A DNA stretch of 63,658 nt, filler included, from Aduncisulcus paluster (GCA_024181965.1; 13 parts of 13 records of this genome joined end to end with filler, not necessarily neighbours in it), one strand, 5' to 3'. Positions 1 to 11,504 are shown, numbered from the whole stretch's first letter. Numbers and translations are program-made. Notes: a model not told the origin generated them from the sequence alone.

Positions 1-264
1 GTCCGACCTTTCAGTATCAGGGATTAAGGTACTACCCGTGATTTTTGTCGCCACCTGTTTGCACAGAGTCGCCCCAGGTTTTGGGAAATTCACAGTTCCC
101 GAAGAAACAGTATGGGATTGAGAACTACATGAATCACTATCACCCAAAAGGATATTCAAGTGATCCATGTTGGTAAATCCCAACTCTGTAAACCATTCCT
201 TCAGCATTTCGACCGTTACTCCATAATCAATCAGTTTTTGAGCAACTTCTTCGACTTCCAGCAT
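1..264 (-). CDS. Hypothetical protein, 5' part (runs off the left edge; not in the ORF track)
   Basis: ATG at 264-262 opens 88 stop-free codons (MLEVEEVAQKLIDYGVTVEMLKEWFTELGF...) to position 1. Divergent from the gene at 379 across a 114-bp spacer. Confidence 0.6.
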   Translation of the reverse strand, partial: MLEVEEVAQKLIDYGVTVEMLKEWFTELGFTNMDHLNILLGDSDSCSSQSHTVSSGTVNFPKPGATLCKQVATKITGSTLIPDTERSD

Positions 265-341
265 GTTTGTTAATAAATAACCGCAATGTTATTCCAAACA
301 ATTAGAATTCAGTAATTATGGAAATGGAAAATTTGTCCACG

Positions 342-342
<1 letters not shown>

Positions 343-374
<32 letters not shown>
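343..374 (+). repeat. (CA)16 microsatellite 4 nt upstream of an ATG
   Basis: Read directly from the sequence. Confidence 0.95.
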
Positions 375-376
<2 letters not shown>

Positions 377-378
377 TC

Positions 379-3300
379 ATGCTTTTTGAGGCGCATTCTG
401 AAATGCAGCTTTCTAGAAATATTAATATTGCGGTAGTTGGGTCAATTCATACTGGAAAATCGACTCTTATCAAAAGTTTTGTCTCTTCAGCCCTCAAGGA
501 TTATGAATCCATCATTCCTCTTTATTTACCAACTGGAAGAGATTTACCTTCACTAAAAAACAATGATCAAACGGATTTAGAAACATTGAGCGGGATTACT
601 ATGTGGAGTAGGCCGACCACCGTCGAGATTATGCATCCATCTAAAAAATATGTTCAACCGATCACCTTTTTTGACACCCCCGGGCATCATGACTATATTC
701 CTGAGATTTTACCTGCTATTTGTGCATGTGATGGGATATCCATTGTTGTAGACGTTGTGGAGGGATTGACTGAACAATCCATCCTTCTTCTGCGGATTAT
801 TCGTCGTATCATATTCCAAAATACCCCATATAATAGAATTAACTATCGAAGCAAGGTTATATTGGTCTTGAATAAGTTTGACCGTCTTTTTCTGGAGCTC
901 AGATTGAGTCCCGAGGATGCTTTTTCCAAAATTGAGAAAATCATAAGTGAAGCCAATTCTATATGGAGATCTGCCACGTATGAATGTCATGACGCTTCAT
1001 TTACATTTGAACGAACTATTCCCGATGACCAATCAATTCTGTCGATGTTTCCACCTCCTCCACACATTTCTGAGAATGCTCCACCGCTTTCAACCAATGA
1101 TACAATGTATTTCAGTCCATTTTCTAACGTAGTTTTCTCTTCTGCCACATTATCTTTCTCGTTGTGCCTCGATGATTTTATTCGGAAACAATACCCAGAA
1201 ATGTGGAATTTAAGGATAAAACAATGGGAAAAATTGGAAGAAAAACGCAAACTCCAGGAAATTCCGCGGGGTTCTGAAGCCTTATGTCCGCATCCCCCGA
1301 TATCTTTTCTTTGTCGGTATTTTTGGGGAAATTATTACTTCGACAAGGTAGAAGGCACATTTAAATCAATTTCTGCTTTTAGAGGTGGAGATACTCCTTG
1401 TGCTTTGTTTTTATCGCATGTTTTGAAGCCAATTTGGAATGTTGTGAATTCTATTCTTAGTTCACGTGAAAATGCCCGTGAAATTTTATTATCTTTGGGA
1501 TTTTCTCAAAAAAGAACTAAAAATATCGTGAATACAATGCTTTTACCTATTAATTCTTCATCTTCTCAAAAGGCGCCCTTATTTACGAGAAAGCCAGATG
1601 GAGGTGGGAAAAGTATCAAAGAGTTACTCAAAAGTTTAAAAATAGAACGTATATTAAGTGTCATTCTCTCTAATTGGCTTAAATATGACGGATTTCCAAG
1701 GTCCTTTTGCAAAGGCTGGACAAATCAACCGCTATCTATGAATCCTATCAGGTCTTATCGAGTCAAAAGATCCAAAAAAATGGATATTTCTCAATATGAT
1801 GCCCATGGCTTCGAAAAACATTTTAGTTTGTTTCGTATTCGTGAATTAATGTGTGTTAAATCACTGGGAGATGAAAAGAAGATGTTTTCTCGTTCTCACA
1901 CGAAGGCTCCACAAATGCTCTCAAGTATTTCGTTATTTGCTTCATACTCTCTAATTGGCTTAAATATGACGGATTTCCAAGGTCCTTTTGCAAAGGCTGG
2001 ACAAATCAACCGCTATCTATGAATCCTATCAGGTCTTATCGAGTCAAAAGATCCAAAAAAATGGATATTTCTCAATATGATGCCCATGGCTTCGAAAAAC
2101 ATTTTAGTTTGTTTCGTATTCGTGAATTAATGTGTGTTAAATCACTGGGAGATGAAAAGAAGATGTTTTCTCGTTCTCACACGAAGGCTCCACAAATGCT
2201 CTCAAGTATTTCGTTATTTGCTTCATACTCTCTCATTCTCAAACCAATTGTTCTCAAAGATGGCATATCTGAAGGATTATGTGTTCACGTAAGGGGGAAA
2301 ATGGGTCTTTCTCAGGGAGAATGTTTGGGAATTCCAATAGTTCAGTGTAATACAAACCATTTTAAGCATTATTCTGATGATTTGGATAGTCAATCAAATT
2401 GGTATGTCCCTGTTAAGATTAAGGAGATTCTTATTTCCGTGCCCAATGGTTATAAAAGGGTATCAAAGGTGCCATGTGGATCGATATGCATTGTAACTTT
2501 GGAAGATGAAAACAACTCTTTTTCTCATCTGAAGGCTATTTTTGGACTTCAGGGTGTTTGTGATGGTGTTCGGAATTATTCTCCTCTTTTGATGATCAAT
2601 GAAAGGCTTCTTTGTGCACTTACACATGAAAGAAGAATAAGGAATTTGTTGCATGTCATTCAAAAATTCACTCAAAGTCTAACAAGTCCCATCCAAACCA
2701 TTCTTTCAATGTGTAAGATGGCCTTCTATCCTTCTCTGCGAGTCCTGAGTCTGGTTAAATCTCAGTTTGATACTTCTTCTCAATCGGGGTCCAAAAATAG
2801 ATATTCTCAATGCGCAATGGCTTTATTGTCGCATCTTTCAATGTCTTTATGGTTCTGTGTATATTTGGCCAATGATGGAATACGTGGGGGTGGGTGTATT
2901 CCAAAATTAGACTGGAATACTTTCTCACCTGGTAATATGAATCTATTTTCGGCCCATGTATTGAATAATTCTCCCCTATATTTTTGCATTCATGGCGAAC
3001 AGGCTGCCGAGAGCATTCTCTGTATTTTGAGAGGAGGATTAAGCGTTCTTGTTTCAGAAAGAATCAAACCGTTTATGCAAGAAGAAGATGTTTCTATTTT
3101 TGGATTCGGAAAGAGAAGAAGAATTCTTTCTGAGGAAGAAGAAGAAGGAGAAGAAAGAGGAGGAGACGGAAAACTTGAATCTGTTGAGGAGGATAAACGT
3201 TCTTTACTAAAAGTTCCAAAAATACTTTCTTGTTTCTCACTTCCAAAAATAGAACTTCCATCTCTGATGAGTCATCCTCTTTCTGTTCAGACTTCCTATC

Positions 3301-5132
3301 CTTCAACAGCTCTCCTTGAGTCTGTTCGTGTTCCTGGAGATATAGTATGGATCAAGGAAGATCTCGCTGATCGAAAGATTATTGTTGACGAGAATGATAT
3401 TTTTTCTGCTTCTTCCTCTTCTCTTCCTCCTCCTCATCTTGGATTTTTTTGTCGTCCACTGACTGATATCGAAGCTGATTTATCTTCTTTGGGCGTGTTC
3501 CAATCTTTGCTCAAATTCAATGTTAAGACTCGACAAGAAGAAGAGGAAAAGGTTGAAAGGAAACGGAATAATTATTGTGAAAAATGGAAAGTATCCAAGC
3601 CCAGTTACCTTTTTGATGATTCGGCTTCAAGTGATCGAGGAAAGAGTGATTCCGATGCAAACTCTGATCTTAATTCCCCTTCTTCCATGCATAACGACTG
3701 CCTTCCATCGCTGGATATTTGTGACGATTTGTGTTCTCGTAGTCACATGCCTCCATTATCAAAGGGATACGATGGTTCCGACATTCAAAAGGAAGATGAG
3801 GAGGAGCTCGAAAGGCGTGGTTCACAACGGGTGTTTCCGTCTTTTGATTCAAGACTTGTAAGGACCAGGGTGTGTGGTGTTTGGTCCAGCCAAGACGATG
3901 CGTGGAGAAGACAACGGGCTCTGTTAAGGTTTTTCTATTCAAGAGAATACCTTGGTGATCTTAGGATATCTCGAAAACATCGTATTCCTGAGTGCATCTA
4001 TCATAGTTCAATACAGTACCCAAGTCTCCTCACTTCTGTCCTAAACTCTGTTCAAAATACTCCCCCACAGACTGTTCTATTAATAGATATGACTGAGAAA
4101 GGACTTCCTACCCTCGAATTATCATATATTCGTGCCTCTGTGGAACATTTTGTCAAAGAAGGGGTTTTATTGTGCGGGGGATTGCGAGGCGTTGTCATCT
4201 GTGTCGTAGAGAAGAAAGGAGGAGAGGAAGAACATCACAGAGATAGTGTGTGGAATGATAGATTGTCTTCGGAACTTTCTCAAAGATCTATTTCTGTCCA
4301 AAGTAGAGTTCCATCCTATCTTCTCTCACCCTCCCTTCCTCTCTTCTCTTTCTCTTCCTTGTCCTCGGCTCTTTCCTCTTCGATCATGCATTCTTTCCCA
4401 ACTTTGATGATGCCACTCTCAATGGGCATGATTACAACAGATTCATGGACAATCAAAGGCCAATGCATCAATATCCGCCAACGTGGTGGATTTTATGGAA
4501 TGGCAGTTCGAGAGCTGTTCAGGCAACTCGATGAGGAAAGGATCGGTGTCTCATGGAGCCGTCTTGAAGAAAAACAAACCCATCGCCTCCAAAATAGATT
4601 TCAGAAGGATGCCCGAGATCATCAACCAAAAATATATCCTTATTCGCTTATATCAGCTCCTCCATTTGCAACAATGCCATTAATATTGGATTCCTCCCAT
4701 TTTTCAATCCCACATACATCCCTTGTCAACATTCCTTTTATAGTTCCATCGATCAGTTTGGTCGGATTTACTTCTTCGGTGAAAATAGGCACTGAAGGTC
4801 GAGGATGGCTGTCTCATCGCTGTTGTGGATGGGTGAAGATTGCAGGAGAAATTGGAGATACTTCGAAAGATGTGTGTGAATTTGGTCTTGTGAATGGTGG
4901 TCAAGGTCTTCAGAACTCTTCTCTCGATCTTCATGTTATATTTTCACCGGCACAAGAGTCCTCGTCGTTGAAGTCTATGCTCAGGGAATTGTTTCTCAAA
5001 GAGAGAAGAAGGAGAGGTGTTGGTTGGTGGATTGCTGGAATGGGGATTTCTGGAATTGAAAGAAAAGAGGGTGATGATGAAGATTGCATCGATGGAGATA
5101 TTCAAGTTGAGAGAGTGTTTCGAGAATTATAA
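379..5132 (+). CDS. SNU114: Divergent U5 snRNP 116-kDa EF-2-like GTPase (Snu114/EFTUD2); split into two ORFs by a 281-bp tandem duplication, 1490 aa once one copy is removed
   Basis: G1 NIAVVGSIHTGKS (Snu114-type G-x-x-H-x-GK), G3 DTPGH, G4 NKFDRLFLELRLSPEDAF (cf. NKIDRLILELKLPPTDAY), SPFSNVVFSS. C-terminal VPSISLVGFTSSVKIGTEGRG and RELFLKERRRRG (cf. REFMIKTRRRKG). Removing 281 bp puts 379..2022 and 2019..5132 in one frame. Confidence 0.8.
1672..2233 (+). repeat. Perfect 281-bp tandem duplication with CTCTCT junction microhomology (probably an assembly artefact)
   Basis: 1672-1952 = 1953-2233. CTCTCT occurs at 1666-1671 and 1947-1952. Confidence 0.9.
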
Positions 5133-5413
5133 ATCAAATATATGTTTAAAATCGATATTATACATTTCAAGTTCGGGACAAGCCTTGTCCACAATCTACT
5201 GTGATCTGAAATATTCATAAATATTCTTTAAAATAAATTCTTATTTTGTTTTAGAATTTTTTTTCCAGATAGTGAGTCGAATTCTTTGTATAAGAAATAT
5301 GACACCTAAATTTTGGAATTAGAGTTTTGGACAGGGCCACAAATTTAAGATATTAAATAGTATTATTAACAAAGGTAGTTTATTTCAATTATTAATAGTA
5401 TTACATTGTAGCT

Positions 5414-6150
5414 ATGGTTTTCATCCAGGATTTTTACTTTTACCTTATTGCTGCTATTATTGCCGTAATTGCCCTAATATTTGAGATAGTGTTCTTTATT
5501 TTTGCAAGAAGATCATGGAAAAAAATGAATTCTTCACTTGTAGCCCACGAAACGAAACGAGCGACCATGGAAAATCACATGATATATTTCTATATTAGTC
5601 TTTTTGGGAGTGTTGGAATGAGATCTACCCTTCGTTTTATTAAAGCGTTTGAAATTTTACGTCAAGTAGAGCTGGGAGATGAATTTCATGGAACTCTAAT
5701 CCTTTCTTCCATCTACACGTTTTTAGTTTCTATTGCTGATGTTTTTGATTGTTTTGTCTTTTTATTTTTGCTTACATTGTCGATGAATTCCTTTTCAGCT
5801 TATATTTCTATTCGGAAGGAGAGAAGATCTTGGAAAGAGAATTTTCTTCATGGAGCTTTTGTTATTGTCGTCGTTTCTTGTTTTCTTTCAGTTGGAATAT
5901 ATCTAATCTATGATATTGCATATGGTTTAAATCAAAATAGTAATTATGATATGGAAAATTCTGCTGGATTTTTTATTATTTGTCGAGTAATCGTTGGAAC
6001 AGGAATTCAATCTATTTTATCGATTGCTATCTTTGTGTATCTCGTATATATTGCCATAAAACAGTGTAAAGACACCAAACAGATTGAAAAAGAGGGTTTT
6101 GAAATGGCTACAAAACAACAGAAGAATCTCGTCTACAAACTGTTTGCTAT
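5414..6150 (+). CDS. Multi-pass membrane protein (at least 5 TM helices), 3'-truncated
   Basis: Five long hydrophobic segments; the ORF runs into a linker. Spacing is compatible with a 7TM protein, but the family is not identified. Confidence 0.7.
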
Positions 6151-6250
6151 NNNNNNNNNNNNNNNNNNNNNNNNNNNNNNNNNNNNNNNNNNNNTTAATT
6201 AATTAANNNNNNNNNNNNNNNNNNNNNNNNNNNNNNNNNNNNNNNNNNNN
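6151..6250. other. Artificial contig linker (first of 12)
   Basis: 44 N + TTAATTAATTAA (stops in all six frames) + 44 N. The same 100-bp linker is at 8269, 21623, 37157, 41955, 44086, 46648, 50258, 52995, 56288, 58922 and 61665. Confidence 0.98.
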
Positions 6251-6251
6251 T

Positions 6252-6707
6252 TTCTCGATTAGTCCAGACTCACTTCCTTCAGATTATGATGTTTTGCACC
6301 CAAAGACACGCAGTGTTGACGGATGGTCAAACTCTATCAACATTGAGTCAATTTGTCGTGTATTTTCAATGCTCTGGGTTGAAGTATTCGACCATGCCTG
6401 TGGGGTTGATCGAATTGAGCAGATCAAGAGGAAAAGCATGACTAAAATAACATGTAAGAAATTAGATTTGGACAATAACTCAAATATAAAAGAAAGTTTA
6501 TTGTTGCTGGATATATATAACAATGGGAAAGATAAATTGGATTCGCAACGAGAGATCAACAAAAAGAATGTGATCGAGCAATGTCACAAACTTGGAAGAG
6601 AATTTGATGGCTCTACATTGACAGTTCCAGGCATCCTCGATGAGCTCTGTTCCAGACAACTCCTTGCTGATGAGGCTCGGAATGAATTACGGAAAATCTT
6701 TCAATAG
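6252..6707 (+). CDS. Hypothetical protein, C-terminal fragment
   Basis: Frame is open from the contig edge (FSISPDSLPSDYDVLHPKTRS...) to TAG at 6707. No recognised motif. Confidence 0.5.
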   Translation, partial: FSISPDSLPSDYDVLHPKTRSVDGWSNSINIESICRVFSMLWVEVFDHACGVDRIEQIKRKSMTKITCKKLDLDNNSNIKESLLLLDIYNNGKDKLDSQREINKKNVIEQCHKLGREFDGSTLTVPGILDELCSRQLLADEARNELRKIFQ

Positions 6708-7396
6708 AATCCATAATTGAATGGATAGATCTAGTGTTAATAAACACTCGGTGTTACTTTTTAATTGTGACCATTGTTGAACGCCAGGATTCAACCGTGT
6801 TTAAATGATTTTATTAAGATAGATTAAATATCTTGAGATAAAGATGTAATAGCCGAACTTACCAATATTACTGAGCTTTTATTTTACTGACATATCATAT
6901 ATCCCATATCTGTTGATTCTATTGAGCGTTCGAATGAGATTAATTGATCCAATATTATAACAATTTACCCTAAAAGGATAACCATTCAATCGATTTAATC
7001 TCTTTGTTACAATACTTAGGTCAGGAATTGAGTCTGTTCTGATTTTCTGCTTCAACTCCATCCAATATCCTTCTTCTCTCTTCATGTCATGCAAGAAAAT
7101 TGATCATTCCATAGCAAAAAATATGTTATTTCCAACTATTCATGCACTTACAGGAATAGAAACACCAGAAATAAGTCAAAAACTAAATGATGATATCTAT
7201 TTTTAGAATTTCTATTTTTAGAAACACATGAAATTACTCTATCTCTATATTCGATATTATACCTGTATTTGCTTGTTAGCAGGCATTTTAAGTATGTATT
7301 CGCTTGGCAGAGTGGGTAATTGTGTTTTTCTACTGCAGATCGATGTTCTATTCTATTTAAGAGTGGAATATGTTTAAAATGTTGATATTTTAAATT

Positions 7397-7481
7397 TTAC
7401 TCATCATTTTGAGAGATTATTGGGGGGTTTATTCAAGTTACTCACCATTTTGAGAGATTATTGGGGGGTTTATTCAAGTTA
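7397..7481. repeat. 41-bp tandem repeat, 2 copies, 1 mismatch
   Basis: TTACTCA(T/C)CATTTTGAGAGATTATTGGGGGGTTTATTCAAG at 7397 and 7438. Confidence 0.9.
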
Positions 7482-7756
7482 AACTTGTCCAATGGAAATG
7501 ATAGTTTTGGAAGTTTGGTCTAATTCAAGAATTTGTAATGGGAGATTCTGTTTCTGTTCAAGTTGGATCCTGTCAATGCATTTTCAACATTTTTTTATTC
7601 ATCAGATTCTCATTATTAAGTAAAAAACATCACTCCATTATCTTGTTCTTGTTATTTTACAGTAACACAATGACATCAACCTGTATAAGATCAATGGGAT
7701 TGGTGTGGTCTCTCGGTAGCTCGAGGTGACGATTCTCTCTGGATATTCTCCTTTGA

Positions 7757-8268
7757 TGTCAGGTTTAGTGTTGGTTTAATAACCTTTATAATGATGGTGG
7801 AGCAAATTTATTAATTTGGGAATAAAGAAATGCGCGAAGAGAAGTAAAAAAAGTGATCTGCAAAGAACACAAAAACTTCCAGATGTGATCTTCTGTAATA
7901 AGATAGTAATAAACATTCTAATATCGAAATAAATATATTAATTAAAATCGTATTATAAAATATATATTAAATATTCAATAATAATACCCCTTAAAGAAAA
8001 TAATAAAAACGTCTGCTTTTGGCAACAGCCGTGTTATTCTAACACTGCCCCTCCTTTCAAAGGGATTAACAATAAATAATGCGGATGTTCCAAAACGTTA
8101 TTTCTTCTTCCTGCCTCTTTTCTTGGAAGGACGTTCCCCACTCTGAATCACCGCAGAAAAGATTTCGGGGTGTTGTAATAAGTAAATTTCAAATGGAATC
8201 AGCTCCAATACGTCTTTTAACGTGAGCCATTGTTCAGAGTCATCCATGTAATGGGCCAACACCTCCAG
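7757..8268 (-). mobile_element. 3' end of an LTR retrotransposon (Ty3/gypsy, chromovirus-like): ORF tail, PPT and 288-bp LTR
   Basis: Minus-strand ORF tail 8268-8098 reads LEVLAHYMDDSEQWLTLKDVLELIPFEIYLLQHPEI...KKRGRKKK* (chromodomain-like). Polypurine GAAAGGAGGGGCAG (8058-8045) abuts TGTTAG at 8044. The AT-rich segment ends CTGACA at 7757, a 5/6 inverted match. Confidence 0.55.
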
Positions 8269-8368
8269 NNNNNNNNNNNNNNNNNNNNNNNNNNNNNNNN
8301 NNNNNNNNNNNNTTAATTAATTAANNNNNNNNNNNNNNNNNNNNNNNNNNNNNNNNNNNNNNNNNNNN

Positions 8369-8600
8369 TTAACAGTGTTTTTGTTTCGCGTGGATCGGCC
8401 AATGCCAGCTTTTTCCGGTTGATGCTGGCACGGAGATCTTTCCCTTTGCGACTGTCGATTAACGATTCCATACAGTGGTGCATGGGAGATGACGCGGATG
8501 ATTTGGGCGATGTGGAACCATATGAAACAGATGAACTGCTTATATCCGAGATTTTGCAGACATACTCGGAGGAATCAAAGTAATCCTCTTTTTCAGGCAT
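8369..8600 (-). CDS. Hypothetical protein, 3'-truncated (may extend to ATG 8873 across an in-frame TAA)
   Basis: Open frame MPEKEDYF... runs to the linker. The upstream ORF 8909-8619 is in the same frame. Confidence 0.45.
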
Positions 8601-8999
8601 TGAGGCAACAAATATGGTTTAAAGATGCAATTGGAGAATAGATACAGGATTATGGGAGGGATACACAAGTATTATTTGGGTCGTGGAAATCAACAACTGT
8701 GTCAAAATGGGAAATTTTCCATCTCGAGCTTCGAAAGTTTCAAATACTTTCCAGTGGGGATGATAATGTGAAAAATGAACTCCATCAACGCTTGCTGACA
8801 TGGGGATTTTAAACACATTTTTACTATTTTGGGACATGCTAGATCGCAGATTTCGTGCGATAATGAATGACATTTTCTCCAAAGGGGTACATGGAATATT
8901 GTGGAGCAATCAATGTAAGAATAACATTAATTCATGGCATTGTTTTCAAAATAGGTCACTAGAAATTTGAATTCATTGTAAACTACTTTTCAAGATTCC

Positions 9000-10789
9000 A
9001 TGATATTTTTCAATCTTTTGCCAAAATATATGAGCAAGAGTGAACTCCGATTGAAATTGGAGCTACTCAAAAAGGCAACAATACTATGTCAATCAAAAGA
9101 TTGCCAGGATTGTACATTAAGTGATGACAGAACCTCCAAAGACATGCAGACAATCTTTTCAAAGATATCTCAATCATCAAGAACAAAATTACGGGTTGCT
9201 ATTTGTTTAGCATTATGGCATTCAAAAGGAAGATCAACCATATTAAACATATCCAGGACATTACTTGAAAAACTCTCCTCTGCCTTATCTAAAGGTTTTG
9301 AAGTTAAATTATTGCCGGAAATTAAAGAATTATCACAATTATCAGGAAAAGAAATGTCTTACATTGTGGAACATCTTATTTTTCGATTTGAAATGTTAGA
9401 GGTTGCTATTTCAATGGATGAACTGCATCGTTCTGCATCTCCTGCTCATACTTCTCAGTTTATTTCGCAAATCAAATCAAAATCTGCCTCAGCGAGTGCT
9501 GAACCACGGATCCTTCATTCATCTGTTGATTCCGTCCATAAATGTGTTTATAAATCAATGATATCAAATCCACCAATCTTAGGAAAGCATGAAACTGTTA
9601 TTGTTTTCTCCAGAAAGTCTCTTTTATTTGAGCCTTTGTATCCACCTTGTGTATATCGCTCTTCTTCTTATAAATTGGCAAATCAATTCACTGATTCGGT
9701 AATTTCTACTCGAAACGGCAAGATATTTACAATGTCATCAAAAAGTGAGAAGCTTCACGAAAGATATATAAAGGAAAGAGATGATCTTCTAGAATCTCAA
9801 GTTTGTCCCAATTGTGGAGCCAGTACAGATATTTCTGCCTGGATTTACTGTGATTCGTGTCATGCTTGGATCCATCAAATGTGTGAAGGCATTGCTGCGT
9901 CTTCTACTTTTGCGTCTAGTGCTTTGATCAGTGGAATAGGTTCAAAAGAGATTGTAAAGCAACAGAAAGAGGCCGAGGAGTTTCTAAAGAGTGGATATCT
10001 TGGAGAAGGAGTTGAGTATTATTGTAACGTTTGCCGAGCTGAACGAGGGCTCCCTCATTTGGGTGTGATCGAGCGTTGTCTCTTGTTACCTGAGAATAAT
10101 TCCATATTGCATCTCCAACAGCAGAAAGAAGAGCAAACACGGATTATGTTTGACCATTTACATGGAGATGAAGAAGAAACTCGAAAACTTATGGGCGAAT
10201 CCGTGGGGGAAGAAGATATCGAGGGATCTGAAGTGAAAAAGGATGGAGAAGAGGAGAAAATTGTGAAAGATGAAGAGAAAGACGAAGAAATAAGTCCAAA
10301 AAAGACAGAAATAGAACCATTTGACTGTATAAATGAAATTGGGCCAGTCCATATCGATGATGTCCGTGAAATATCAGCCCNNNNNNNNNNNNNNNNNNNN
10401 TACATGGAGATGAAGAAGAAACTCGAAAACTTATGGGCGAATCCGTGGGGGAAGAAGATATCGAGGGATCTGAAGTGAAAAAGGATGGAGAAGAGGAGAA
10501 AATTGTGAAAGATGAAGAGAAAGACGAAGAAATAAGTCCAAAAAAGACAGAAATAGAACCATTTGACTGTATAAATGAAATTGGGCCAGTCCATATCGAT
10601 GATGTCCGTGAAATATCAGCCCTTCCAAGTGTTGCTAATGAACATACTGAGAGCAATCCTGCTGAAAACGATGATAAGTGTGATCTAAAAGCATCTTCAC
10701 CTGGTCATTTGGATGAAATGAGTGGAAAGAGAGGTCCTGGTGAACAATCTGCATTGAAATCCCCTGAAAAGAGAGCAACAGGTCTGTAG
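9000..10789 (+). CDS. PHD-finger protein (join 9000-10380 and 10623-10789 after removing the gap duplication)
   Basis: C4HC3 pattern CPNC...WIYCDSCHAWIHQMC...YYCNVC at 9804-10034. 10159-10380 is re-stated after a 20-N gap. Confidence 0.75.
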
Positions 10790-10967
10790 TGAGAATGCAC
10801 AGACTGTCTTTGAGAGTTTTTAATGGTGATTTTTATGCCTATATACTTATTTCTAAGTTATGTTGTATGTTTGGGTTCTATTCTTTCCTTCATTAGTTAG
10901 TGTATATAGTATTTATGATATCTATGATCATATTGTATCAAATGCACTGTGCTATTGTTCCGTACAG

Positions 10968-11030
10968 TAATAGTAGAGAATAGTATAGTAGTAGTATAGT
11001 AGTAGTATAGTTCCATTGTATAGTATAGTA
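10968..11030. repeat. Degenerate TAGTA/TAG simple repeat between convergent genes
   Basis: tagtatagtagtagtatagtagtagtatag... Confidence 0.7.
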
Positions 11031-11504
11031 TCGATTTACTGTATAGAATATTGATTATATCTGACAATACTGTATAATTGATATTGATATTTATTGATAT
11101 TATATTTCTTGTTCTGAAAGTACAGAATAAGAGATATCGGCACTAAGAACTCAAGAGAAGAAGGAGACGAAGAAGCATAGGAATGGTTTAATTGGAGATT
11201 GTGAGAGAAAGAATGATCCAATATTTTGAAAGTATTCTACATTAGTACTATACTCGCCACACATCACTTCATGTTATAGTACAGTATATCAAAATACTAT
11301 AACTATTCCTCATAGTCCAGAATAGTATAATATAGTATAAAAGAAATAAGTTTACTACATCCGTAAGCTCTTCATTATACACGATCTGAAGGCAGTAGTT
11401 TTCCAGAGAAACGATTGAGAATGAACATGTTTGAAATAGTAGTACACGTATGAATAGTATTATTGATCATTAAAGTCAATCATTCTTGAATCTCAAATCA
11501 AGGC

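Noticed and set aside
6195..6206. Recurrent palindrome TTAATTAATTAA as a biological repeat or CRISPR-like element
   Set aside because: It is always centred in 44+44 Ns, so it is a synthetic six-frame stop linker.
6879..7094. Short minus-strand ORF with faint LRR-like wording (IPDLSIV)
   Set aside because: Too short and AT-rich, with no complete repeat. It is possibly decayed sequence but unsupported.
8619..8621. TAA/TAG-to-Gln genetic code as in hexamitid diplomonads
   Set aside because: Conserved genes end at TAA in the expected place (Snu114, GH31, GDH, HINT), and long ORFs contain no in-frame TAR.
8615..8665. U12-type intron (GTATCCCT ... TCTTTAAAC) on the minus strand
   Set aside because: There is no AG or AC acceptor at a suitable, frame-preserving distance, and both motifs deviate from consensus.
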